This document shows, one piece after another, positions 10,304-18,633 of a stretch of 64,000 nt of DNA. This DNA is from Candidatus Multivoradales bacterium (GTDB taxonomy: Bacteria > Acidobacteriota > Thermoanaerobaculia > Multivoradales > Multivoraceae): assembly GCA_965223325.1 (NCBI GenBank), contig CBDCWI010000002.1, positions 4,448,001-4,512,000 on the forward strand. The letters are read 5' to 3'. The notes under the pieces were generated by a model that made no database searches, had not been told where the DNA came from, and saw only the letters and a list, made by a program, of their open reading frames with translations. Made by a program: the position numbers and the translations under genes. The first letter of the stretch is position 1, and each line of letters opens with the position of its first letter.

Positions 10304-10526
10304 ACATAGCTGTCTGCGTGGAGCCGCACTGGAGTGGCAGCTTGGACTCTCGGCCTAGTATCGGGTCACTGCAGCCGCCATGTCTAGAACTCGTTCGTGC
10401 TGTATTTTGGCGCGAGTCGAGCGTGGTGTTTCTCGCGGCTCGGCGCCCCACCCGAAATGACCTACGAACGAATTCGAGCCATTACATGGGAGACGCAAGC
10501 AACAGGTCCCCCAAAAGGAGGATCGC

Positions 10527-11597
10527 ATGGCGAAGGTGACGAAGGTGAACGTGCTTGTGCTTGGTCTCCTTGTCTTGTTGGTACAGATGATCGGTTGTCA
10601 GCCCGCGTCCGACGAAACGGCTGACGCCACTGCCGACGCTGGGGCTCACGCTGGCGAAAGTCCGGACGTCGAAGCGCAGATCGCGGATGCGTTGTCGGCA
10701 GCGCTCCCGTCGATGGCAGCGACCGCGAGGGTCGTGGACTGGGATGGAAACGTGCTACGGGACGGTGACGGCCCCTACACTTGTATGCCAACTCCGCCAC
10801 AGTTCGTGGATGGCCGTGCCCCGATGTGCATGGACAAGCCGTGGTCGGCATGGGCCGATGCTTGGGGTCGTCGCACCGAGCTCTCGATCTCGCACCTCGG
10901 GATCTCCTACATGCTGGCCGGCGACGAAGGCGCGAGCAACATCGACCCCTTCGCCACCGAGGCTACAGCGGAGAACGAGTGGGTGGTGGAAGGGCCGCAC
11001 CTGATGCTTATCGTGCCCGACCCGGCGCTGCTCGAGGGCATCTCGACCGACCCAGACAACGGCGGTCCTTACGTGATGTGGAAAGGGACGCCCTACGCTC
11101 ACGTTATGGTTCCGGTGGAGCTCAGCGACGTTACGGAGGCCGCCCCAGACGCTCTTGCCGACGCGTTGTCGGCGGCCAACCCGTCGATGGCCAACAGGGT
11201 GACCGTGATGGACTGGGAGGGCAACGTTTTGAGGGAAGGTGAGGGTGACTACACCTGCATGCCAACTCCACCACAGTTCGCCGACGGTCGAGCTCCGATG
11301 TGCATGGACGCGCCCTGGTCTGCCTGGGCCGAGGCCTGGAGCAGCCGCGGTGAGCTCACCATCGATCGGCTCGGGATCTCCTACATGCTGGCCGGTGACG
11401 AGGGCGCGAGCAACGTCGACCCCTTCGCCACGGAGGCGACGGCTGATAACGAGTGGGTAGTGGAGGGGCCGCACCTGATGCTCATCGTGCCCGACCCGGC
11501 GCTGCTCGGGAACATCGGCACCGACCCAGACAACGGCGGACCGTACGTGATGTGGGAGGGGTCACCCTACGCACATGTGATGGTGCCCTTGGACTAA
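10527..11597 (+). CDS. Putative lipoprotein with two tandem ~150-aa domains
   Basis: Hydrophobic leader ending MIGC; ADALSAA...YTCMP...APMCMD...ISYMLAGD...GPHLM...YAHVMVP present twice. Confidence 0.8.
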   Translation: MAKVTKVNVLVLGLLVLLVQMIGCQPASDETADATADAGAHAGESPDVEAQIADALSAALPSMAATARVVDWDGNVLRDGDGPYTCMPTPPQFVDGRAPMCMDKPWSAWADAWGRRTELSISHLGISYMLAGDEGASNIDPFATEATAENEWVVEGPHLMLIVPDPALLEGISTDPDNGGPYVMWKGTPYAHVMVPVELSDVTEAAPDALADALSAANPSMANRVTVMDWEGNVLREGEGDYTCMPTPPQFADGRAPMCMDAPWSAWAEAWSSRGELTIDRLGISYMLAGDEGASNVDPFATEATADNEWVVEGPHLMLIVPDPALLGNIGTDPDNGGPYVMWEGSPYAHVMVPLD

Positions 11598-11978
11598 CTC
11601 CCGCGACCGTGGCCCTTTAAGCTCCCACGGAGCGTTGCACCGTTTCGTTGGCGGGTTCCAAGAAAGTGCACCCTCAGGGTACGGGAGGGATCTCCAGGTC
11701 GACCACACACAGGTTCGCCTCCCAGCCGAGCTCCGAGCAATACAGATGCGACCGCCAAGCCGGCGTCGAGAGCGTCGGAAAGGCCCAGAAGCCTCGATTT
11801 CCAGACGCCCGCGGCCCTGTGAGTTCGCCGCTCTCCAGGTAGTTCGCCTGCAACGGTGCAGGGTAAGTCGGCGAACTTCGATTTCTAGGGCGCACTCGAG
11901 AAATCCCAGGCTGCCGAGTTGCCCTGCACCGGAACCGGACGTGTGTTGAAAGCCGCTCTCTCCCTTTGTCTTTAGAGC

Positions 11979-12449
11979 CTATGGGAGCTTGAAGTCGCCT
12001 CGGATGGTGTTGAACGCCTTGCCTCCGGGCCACTGTCCGGTCGGCGCTCCCCAAGTTCCAGTGGCCGACAGGCCTTCGAGGTTCCCGGCACTCTTCATGA
12101 TGTGCCAGGTTCCACCGTCCTGATCACCTTCCCAGGCTGACCAGTAACCGCCCCCTCCGCCCATGGGAACCGTGGTGCAGTGACCGCTCGCGGCGGACTG
12201 GTTCTCGCCCATAGTGACCTGGCTGCCATAGCAGTCTTGACTGGCCAGATGGAGCTTGTGGCTCGTGTCCTTAAAGACCACGAAGCCGCGTTGTGCGAAG
12301 CGCACCGCGACGACGCCCTCTTGGAGTTCGGTGGTTTCCAGAATCTCCGTTTCGTAGAGGAAGGTCATCTCCTCTTCAGCTTGCAAGTTCGCGGCGAATA
12401 GGTTCGACGCGACGAACAGCATGGCAACGATACATCGTTTCGTACTCAT
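11979..12449 (-). CDS. Exported hypothetical beta-rich protein
   Basis: Signal peptide ending LQA; GGAGG RBS upstream on the minus strand. Confidence 0.75.
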   Translation of the reverse strand: MSTKRCIVAMLFVASNLFAANLQAEEEMTFLYETEILETTELQEGVVAVRFAQRGFVVFKDTSHKLHLASQDCYGSQVTMGENQSAASGHCTTVPMGGGGGYWSAWEGDQDGGTWHIMKSAGNLEGLSATGTWGAPTGQWPGGKAFNTIRGDFKLP

Positions 12450-12721
12450 CGTTTACCTCCAGTTCTGGTCTGCCGAGCCAAGGCCCTCCACGTTGGACGC
12501 AGGTCATTTGAGGCACCAGGAGCAAACGTCGAGAGACCCGACTGGCTGTGATGACGATCAACGGACGATGCCTTCCTAGCTTAGCAAGGGATAGGACACG
12601 ATCGACCAGAATCTTGGAGCTGTCGGCGGACCTCCGGATCCGCACAGCCGAACTGCGTCCCTTGACCCAAAAGCCTCAAATGTGTGCACCGGAATTCGGT
12701 TTGCCTTGTCCTGATCCTTCT

Positions 12722-12883
12722 TCATCGGGTCGGCACTAGACGCTCGAGCTCATCGAACCAGTTCTCGACCAACACCACCTTGGCTTTCGAGAGCTCAGCC
12801 CCTCGAGGCATGACGAAGTGTCGTCCATCGGGCGTCACGTCGAAAAGCCTGTGTGGCCAACCAATCATCCGGGGTCTTGGCTC
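12722..12883 (-). pseudogene. 3' fragment of a beta-propeller (PD40-type) protein, probably a Ser/Thr kinase
   Basis: LFDVTPDGRHFVM...VVLVENWFDELERLVPTR*; clipped at the B1 left end. Confidence 0.65.
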
Positions 12884-14283
12884 GATCGCGCGGCGATGCC
12901 GCCCACGGTCGGGGGTAAGTTTTGAGTCGAAGTTGTGGCGCAGGGCCGGGACTCGCCACCGACCTGACGTGTAGCCCGATTCACAAATGACAGTTGGTCG
13001 ATGGCGAGGGTCATCCGCTAAGATTTCACTCCCTGCAGGACATCGATGGCTCCGGGCGAAGAGTCATGGCCCATCAACTGAGATACGTCCCCACCGACTC
13101 GAGCGGTTGGGGAGTCGTCGAAGTGACGGTGCGCATCGTCAACGGATTCTTCCTGTTGGCGCCATCGTCACGCCTGCGCGACCTGCTGATCGGGATCATC
13201 GGCCGCGCGCAGCGAAAGACCGAAATCCGGATCCACGCCCTGGACTACCAGGTCAATCATGCCCACCTTCTGCTGGGCGCTCGCGACGCCCAGCAGCTGG
13301 CCGATTTCATGCGGCGCATTCAGCACCAGACGAGTGTGGAACTACGGATCCTGCGCGGGTGGAAGGGTCCGAAATGGGAAGGGCCCTACAAGACGTCGTT
13401 CCCCGGTCACGCGAAGAAGGACCTCTGCCGGCGCTTTCGCTACATCCTTGCCCAGGGTTGCAAGGCGGGGTTGGTGTCTTCACCTCGCAAGTGGCCAGGC
13501 GTGTCGGTAGGGGAGGCGTTGTGGTCAGGGACCTTCGAGCTCGAGGGCACCTGGGTCGATCGTTCAGCGCTTCGTCGTGCCCGTTTCTCGAAAGCCGGTC
13601 GTCGTTTGAGCGAAAAGGACTTCTCGAGCCGCGAGACGGTCGTTTTATCGAAGCTTCCGTGCTTCGAGGACCTCCCTGACGAGGAGTACTTCGACTGGGC
13701 CCGCGGGATGATTGTTGAGATCGAGGACGAGACCCGGGTGCGCCACAAACGGGAGGGAACGAGGCCTCGCGGCGCCTACAAGACAACGCAGGTGAGTCCG
13801 ATGCGCCGTCCGAGGAAGCTCGATTGGGGGCCGAGGCCTCGGGTCATCGCGTCGGACTCGTTCGAGCGCAATCGGCTGCTTTCGGTTTTCGATGCGGTGA
13901 GGCGAGCGCATCGCGCGGCGCGCGATCTTCTGTGGAGTGGTGACCTGGAGGCGCGATTTCCGCCCGGGACTTTTCCAAGCCCGCTGCCGTTTGTGGCCCT
14001 GGAAGTGGCTGGGCCGGGTGCACGCGACGGTCCCTGAGTCCAGGCCGCCGCCGAAGAGGTTGACGAGGTTGAGGGGGACGCACCGGCAGGTGTGGTGGCG
14101 GAGCTGCGTCTGTCGGGTGGAGTGCCGAGGCTTCAGGGGTGGCGAAGGCGACGTCTCTGCCCTCGCGACACCCATCGAGGTGGTGAAAGAGGACGATGGA
14201 GTGCTTCGGAACTCGGCGCGTCGCCTTGTCTGGTGTTGCCGTGAAAACTTACCCCCTACCGTGCGCGGCATCGCCGCGCGATC
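12884..14283 (+). mobile_element. Family-B HUH element copy B1 (1400 bp)
   Basis: GATC-hairpin inverted ends on both sides; no TSD. Confidence 0.9.
13066..14037 (+). CDS. RAYT-like Y1 HUH transposase, family B
   Basis: VEVTVR, NHAHLLL (HUH), RYILAQGCKAGLVSSPRKWPG (putative catalytic Tyr). Confidence 0.8.
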   Translation: MAHQLRYVPTDSSGWGVVEVTVRIVNGFFLLAPSSRLRDLLIGIIGRAQRKTEIRIHALDYQVNHAHLLLGARDAQQLADFMRRIQHQTSVELRILRGWKGPKWEGPYKTSFPGHAKKDLCRRFRYILAQGCKAGLVSSPRKWPGVSVGEALWSGTFELEGTWVDRSALRRARFSKAGRRLSEKDFSSRETVVLSKLPCFEDLPDEEYFDWARGMIVEIEDETRVRHKREGTRPRGAYKTTQVSPMRRPRKLDWGPRPRVIASDSFERNRLLSVFDAVRRAHRAARDLLWSGDLEARFPPGTFPSPLPFVALEVAGPGARDGP

Positions 14284-14484
14284 CCCGGAAACACTGGCCT
14301 GAAATCGCCGTCTGACGAGGGGGTTTTTGGCCACCCCTCCCCCAGCCGACCCGAGGCCTCGCCTCGGGTCGGTCTGTATGCGCGGGTTTCTACCCCGCAT
14401 CAGCACACCATCGCCATGCAGCTGCACCAGCTGCGCGAGTTCCTCGAGCGACGAGGCTGGCAAGAGACGATCGTCGTCAAGGAG
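14284..14484 (+). pseudogene. Serine recombinase (resolvase) N-terminal fragment
   Basis: RVGLYARVSTPHQHTIAMQLHQLREFLERRGW with the catalytic YARVS motif; lies between two B ends. Confidence 0.8.
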
Positions 14485-14485
14485 G

Positions 14486-15885
14486 CGGGCGGCGATGCCG
14501 CCCCCGGCCGCCCCCGGTCGGGGGTAAGTTTTGAGCCGAAGTTGTGGCGCAGTGCGACGCCTCGCCACCGACCGGACGTGTAGCCCGATTCACAAATGAC
14601 AGTTGGTCGATGGCGAGGGTCATCCGCTAGGATTCGGCTCCCTGCAGGACATCGATGGCTCCGGGCGAAGAGTCATGGCCCATCAACTGAGATACGTCCC
14701 CACCGACTCGAGCGGTTGGGGAGTTGTCGAAGTGACGGTTCGAATCGTCAACGGGTTCTTCCTGTTGGCGCCATCGTCACACCTACGCGACCTGCTGATC
14801 GGGATCATCGGCCGCGCGCAGCGAAAGACCGAGATCCGGATTCACGCCCTGGACTACCAGGTCAATCATGCTCACCTTCTGCTGGGCGCTCGCGACGCCC
14901 AACAGCTGGCCGACTTCATGCGGCGCATTCAGCACCAGACGAGTGTGGAACTACGGATCCTGCGCGGGTGGAAGGGTCCGAAATGGGAAGGGCCGTACAA
15001 GACGTCGTTTCCCGGTCACGCGAAGAAGGACCTCTGCCGTCGTTTCCGCTACATCCTTGCCCAGGGTTGCAAGGCGGGGTTGGTGTCTTCACCGCGCAAG
15101 TGGCCAGGCGTGTCGGTGGGGGAGGCGCTGTGGTCAGGGACCTTCGAGCTCGAGGGCACGTGGGTCGACCGCTCCGCGCTTCGACGTGCTCGTTTCTCGA
15201 AAGCGGGGCGTCGTTTGAGCGAAAAGGACTTCTCGAGCCGCGAGACGGTCGTCTTATCGAAGCTTCCGTGCTTCGAGGACCTCCCGGACGAGGAGTACTT
15301 CGACTGGGCCCGCGGGATGATTGTAGAGATCGAGGACGAGACCCGGGCGCGCCACAAGCGAAAGGGCACGAGGCCTCGCGGCGCCTACAAAACGACGCAA
15401 GTGAGTCCAATGCGTCGCCCGCGGAAGCTGGATTGGGGGCCGAGGCCTCGGGTCATCGCGTCGGACTCGTTCGAGCGCAATCGGCTGCTTTCGGTTTTCG
15501 ATGCGGTGAGGCGAGCGCATCGTGCGGCGCGCGATCTTCTGTGGGGTGGTGACCTGGAGGCGCGGTTTCCCCCCGGAACTTTCCCAAGCCCGCTGCCGTT
15601 CGTGGCCCTGGAAGTGCCTGGGCCGGGTGCACGCGACGGTCCCTGACGGCCCAGGCCACCGGCGAAGAGGTTGAGGGGGACGCACCGATCGGTGTGTTGG
15701 CGGAGCTCCGTTTGTCGGGCGGAGTACCGACGTTCAGGAGTGGCGACGGCGAGGTTTCTGCCTTCGTCACCGCCCTTCGAGGTCGGAGAAGAGGGCGATG
15801 GAGCGCGCGAAGGCTCGGCGCTTCGTCCAGTCCAGCGTTGCCGTCAAAACTTACCCCCGACCGTGCGCGGCATCGCCGCGCGATC
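14486..15885 (+). mobile_element. Family-B HUH element copy B2 (damaged left hairpin)
   Basis: Left end lacks GATC and has a gccgcccccg duplication; right end canonical. Confidence 0.85.
14675..15646 (+). CDS. RAYT-like Y1 HUH transposase, family B
   Basis: Near-identical to 13066-14037. Confidence 0.8.
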   Translation: MAHQLRYVPTDSSGWGVVEVTVRIVNGFFLLAPSSHLRDLLIGIIGRAQRKTEIRIHALDYQVNHAHLLLGARDAQQLADFMRRIQHQTSVELRILRGWKGPKWEGPYKTSFPGHAKKDLCRRFRYILAQGCKAGLVSSPRKWPGVSVGEALWSGTFELEGTWVDRSALRRARFSKAGRRLSEKDFSSRETVVLSKLPCFEDLPDEEYFDWARGMIVEIEDETRARHKRKGTRPRGAYKTTQVSPMRRPRKLDWGPRPRVIASDSFERNRLLSVFDAVRRAHRAARDLLWGGDLEARFPPGTFPSPLPFVALEVPGPGARDGP

Positions 15886-16418
15886 CAACGGTCGGCGGAG
15901 ACGAAGCCGCCGTTGTCGCTGTTGTAGAAGCGTTTCGTCGTTCCGTCCGAGAGCACCAGGAGAGGGCTGTCGGGGTTGAACTCACTACTGCCGGCACCGT
16001 TCGGGTTGAAGACCTTGCCCGCGTGCAGTTGCCATCCCGAGCCACCCATGTGATCTGTCGTGTCTGAAGACGCCACGTGGGTCTGGCGCACGTCGGTGCG
16101 GTTCCAGACGTCGGAGTTGTAGTAGAGGTTGACCTGCAGGCGCAGGTCGGCCCTCACCGGAAGGTCGATAGGCGTCATACGAAACATGACTCGGCCACCG
16201 AACAGGTCGAAGTCCTCTTCGAAGCCCCCGAGGACAGCTCCGTTGGTGACCTCAGAGAGATAGCGATCGTGAGTCGGCTCGTCGCCCGCGGTCTGCGCCG
16301 TGAGCTGGCTGGTCAGGCCATGCAGGAGAGCAAGAAGGATTGCGGCGGCGACGAGAATGGGACCGCTCGGAGCCGCTTCAGGAGGCGTACGGTCGAAGAC
16401 GGTGGGCTGGGCTGTCAT
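15886..16418 (-). pseudogene. 5' fragment of an RHS/YD-repeat-like exported protein
   Basis: Hydrophobic leader, then DLFGGRV...IDLP...LQVNLYYNS...GSGWQL...LVLSDGT like RHS N-termini; cut at the B2 right end. Confidence 0.6.
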
Positions 16419-16671
16419 GGAGTGCCTTTCGGTATCGGCGATTCGCGGTGCCCGTGTTCTTCCGGGTCTCGCCGGGGTTGTTACACCCCCCTGGCCGGCA
16501 CGCCCGCCCCTGCCCAGCACCTGACCCTCTTTTGCGACCAGAATGAGCGCCGAAGGCCAGCGCAGGCCAACAGGAGGCCGCGAGGTACGCGACCTCGTCG
16601 CCAGTAACAACACCGCTCGGATCCGGAAGAAGACGAAAGACAGCTCACCCTTGCCTTCCGGAGCTCGCGCC

Positions 16672-16809
16672 ATGACCGACATCAGAAACGACAATCCCTC
16701 GGGATTCAGCCTCAACCTGCCCGACACCTTCGGCGGTTCCGATGGCGGTTTCGGAACCTCACCGAGCCTCGAGAACCACAGCTACGAACCGTCGGGTCCC
16801 GGCGGCTGA
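16672..16809 (+). pseudogene. 5' fragment of a paralog of the 1967-3799 toxin gene
   Basis: MTDIRNDNPSGFSLNLPDTFGGSDGGFGTSPSLENHSYEPSG versus MTDIRNDNSSGFGLNLADTFGGSDGGFGTSTSLENDSYEPSG; upstream DNA also similar. Confidence 0.85.
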
Positions 16810-16836
16810 CAAAGTAGTCAGCTCGGTAACAGGCAC
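16805..16836 (+). repeat. Piece of IS110 leader (hairpin)
   Basis: gctgacaaagtagtcagctcggtaacaggcac is the near-exact reverse complement of ~36197-36228. Confidence 0.75.
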
Positions 16837-18350
16837 CGCCTCGGCGAGCGAGGTTCCAGGCACCTATGTTTCTCAGCCATGCGAGGTTCACGCGCCTGCC
16901 GAGATTCACGAGCGTCAGCGGCCATCAGGAAAGTGAGCCACCTTGCCTCCAGCGGCGTGCCACCGGCGTAGTGCTGCCACGCGACGCGCCGCGAGCCGCT
17001 TGGAACAACGGCACTCGAAGGTGGAGGCCGTAACAAGAGCGGAGATTCTCGGGAGGTACGACAACCAGTTCGCCAAACAACGACAGCTTCCTCCCCATGC
17101 GTTTCGCCAAACCCAGGATCTACACGCCCAACCGCGTCGTCGAAGTCACCACGCGCTGCCTCCAGTCGCGTTTCCTCCTGCGGCCGAGCAAAGAAGTCAA
17201 CAACGAGATCATCGCCGTCCTGGCTCGTGCGCAGCGGCTCTACGGAGTGAGCGTCCACGCCTTCTGGTTCGGCTCAAACCACTGCCACCTCTTGCTGTCC
17301 GCCGCATCGCAGTGGCACATCTCGCGCTTCATGGGTTTCACCAACGGAAACATCGCGAGACGAGTTGGCCGGTTGCAGCGTTGGCGCGAACGTTTCTGGT
17401 GCCGCCGTTACCAGGGCATCGAACTCACCGACGAGCCGCAGGCCGCCTACCAGCGCCTGCGCTACGTCTTGGCGCAGGGCTGCAAAGAAGGGCTGATTGA
17501 TTCGCCGCTTGACTGGCCCGGTGTGACGAGTGCTCGGGCTCTTGCCGACGGTTCGATGAAGCTCTCGGGCGTCTGGCTCGATCGCACTGGCTTGTACCAC
17601 GAGCGCGTCCGCCGAGGAGTTATTGGCCCGCGGTCCAAACGGCTGAGCCGGAGGGAGCGTCGCGAGGCGAATCGCAAGATCGACATCACCGAGTTCGAGA
17701 CGGTCGAGGAGCTCACTCTCGAGCCCCTGCCGCACTTTGCCGAGCTGAGCGCCGAGGCCTACCGCAAGATGCTCGTCTCGATGATCGAAGACATCGAGGA
17801 AGAGACAGGCCAACGCCTCGATCTCGCAGGTGGGCGGAGCATGGGACGCGAGAAGATTCTCGCCCAGGACCCTCACGCCGCTCCGCGCCATTCGAAGCGC
17901 AGCCCCGCCCCGGCCTGCCACGCCCACACCCGGGAACAGCGCGTCGCGTTCATCGTCAACCGCTGGCATTTCGTTGTGGCGTACAGGAGGGCGGCGCGTA
18001 GGTTGCGTTCGGGTGAGGAGAACGTCGCGTTCCCGCGAGGTTGCTTCCCGCCGCGTGGCGCGTTCGTTCCGCACGCGGCTCGCGCTCCTGGATAGAAGGA
18101 CTTCAGTGTTGCGTCTTTTGTGACGGCGATCACGAGATTCGCGGCGCGAGCTATGGCTTTGGTTGTTGCGCTGGCGACTCGAGGGCGGTTCGAGGCGTGA
18201 CCGGGCCTTGGCGACCGGTCGTTTCGCGCGAATCGGTTAGCGCGCGCTCGGCAAAGCGGTGAGTTTCGCGCCGGAGTCTGCCTCGTGAATCTGGATATGC
18301 CCCTGAAGCTCGCTTGGCACCGAAACATAGTTGCCTGGAACGTCTCAGGC
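16837..18350 (+). mobile_element. Family-A HUH element copy A2
   Basis: Both inverted ends recognisable, terminal hairpins degenerate. Confidence 0.85.
17097..18095 (+). CDS. RAYT-like Y1 HUH transposase, family A
   Basis: VVEVTTRC, SNHCHLLL (HUH), FWCRRY, RYVLAQGCKEGLIDSPLDWPG. Confidence 0.8.
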   Translation: MRFAKPRIYTPNRVVEVTTRCLQSRFLLRPSKEVNNEIIAVLARAQRLYGVSVHAFWFGSNHCHLLLSAASQWHISRFMGFTNGNIARRVGRLQRWRERFWCRRYQGIELTDEPQAAYQRLRYVLAQGCKEGLIDSPLDWPGVTSARALADGSMKLSGVWLDRTGLYHERVRRGVIGPRSKRLSRRERREANRKIDITEFETVEELTLEPLPHFAELSAEAYRKMLVSMIEDIEEETGQRLDLAGGRSMGREKILAQDPHAAPRHSKRSPAPACHAHTREQRVAFIVNRWHFVVAYRRAARRLRSGEENVAFPRGCFPPRGAFVPHAARAPG

Positions 18351-18365
18351 GAGAACTCGGCGCGG

Positions 18366-18481
18366 ACACCCATCGAGGCGGTGAAAGAGGACGATGGAGT
18401 GCTTCGGAACTCGGCGCGTCGCCTTGTCTGGCGTTTCCGTGAAAACTTACCCTCGACCGTGCGCGGCATCGCCGCGCGATC
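18366..18481 (+). repeat. Solo right end of family B (B1-type 3' UTR)
   Basis: Matches 14168-14283; fused directly behind A2. Confidence 0.9.
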
Positions 18482-18633
18482 TCGACAGGCTTCCCGGTCG
18501 AATGAAGTCCGGCCCCGCTTAGGAACGGCCATGGAAGCCATATTTACTTGATTTAACAAGTTTAGGATTTATTGTAGAATTCTAACGATGGCTCAATAGA
18601 CGCCAGCAACCTCACGGTCAAAGGACCCTGCCC

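Noticed and set aside
12994-13065. Longer 347-aa start for the B transposase
   Set aside because: Copies B3 and B4 have an in-frame stop in this stretch; the shared ATG is MAHQLR
14038-14283. TnpB/IscB nuclease downstream of the Y1 transposases
   Set aside because: No room and no RuvC motifs; the right end follows within ~250 bp
15453-16727. 424-aa minus-strand ORF
   Set aside because: Chimera of antisense toxin fragment, real RHS-like 5' part and antisense B element
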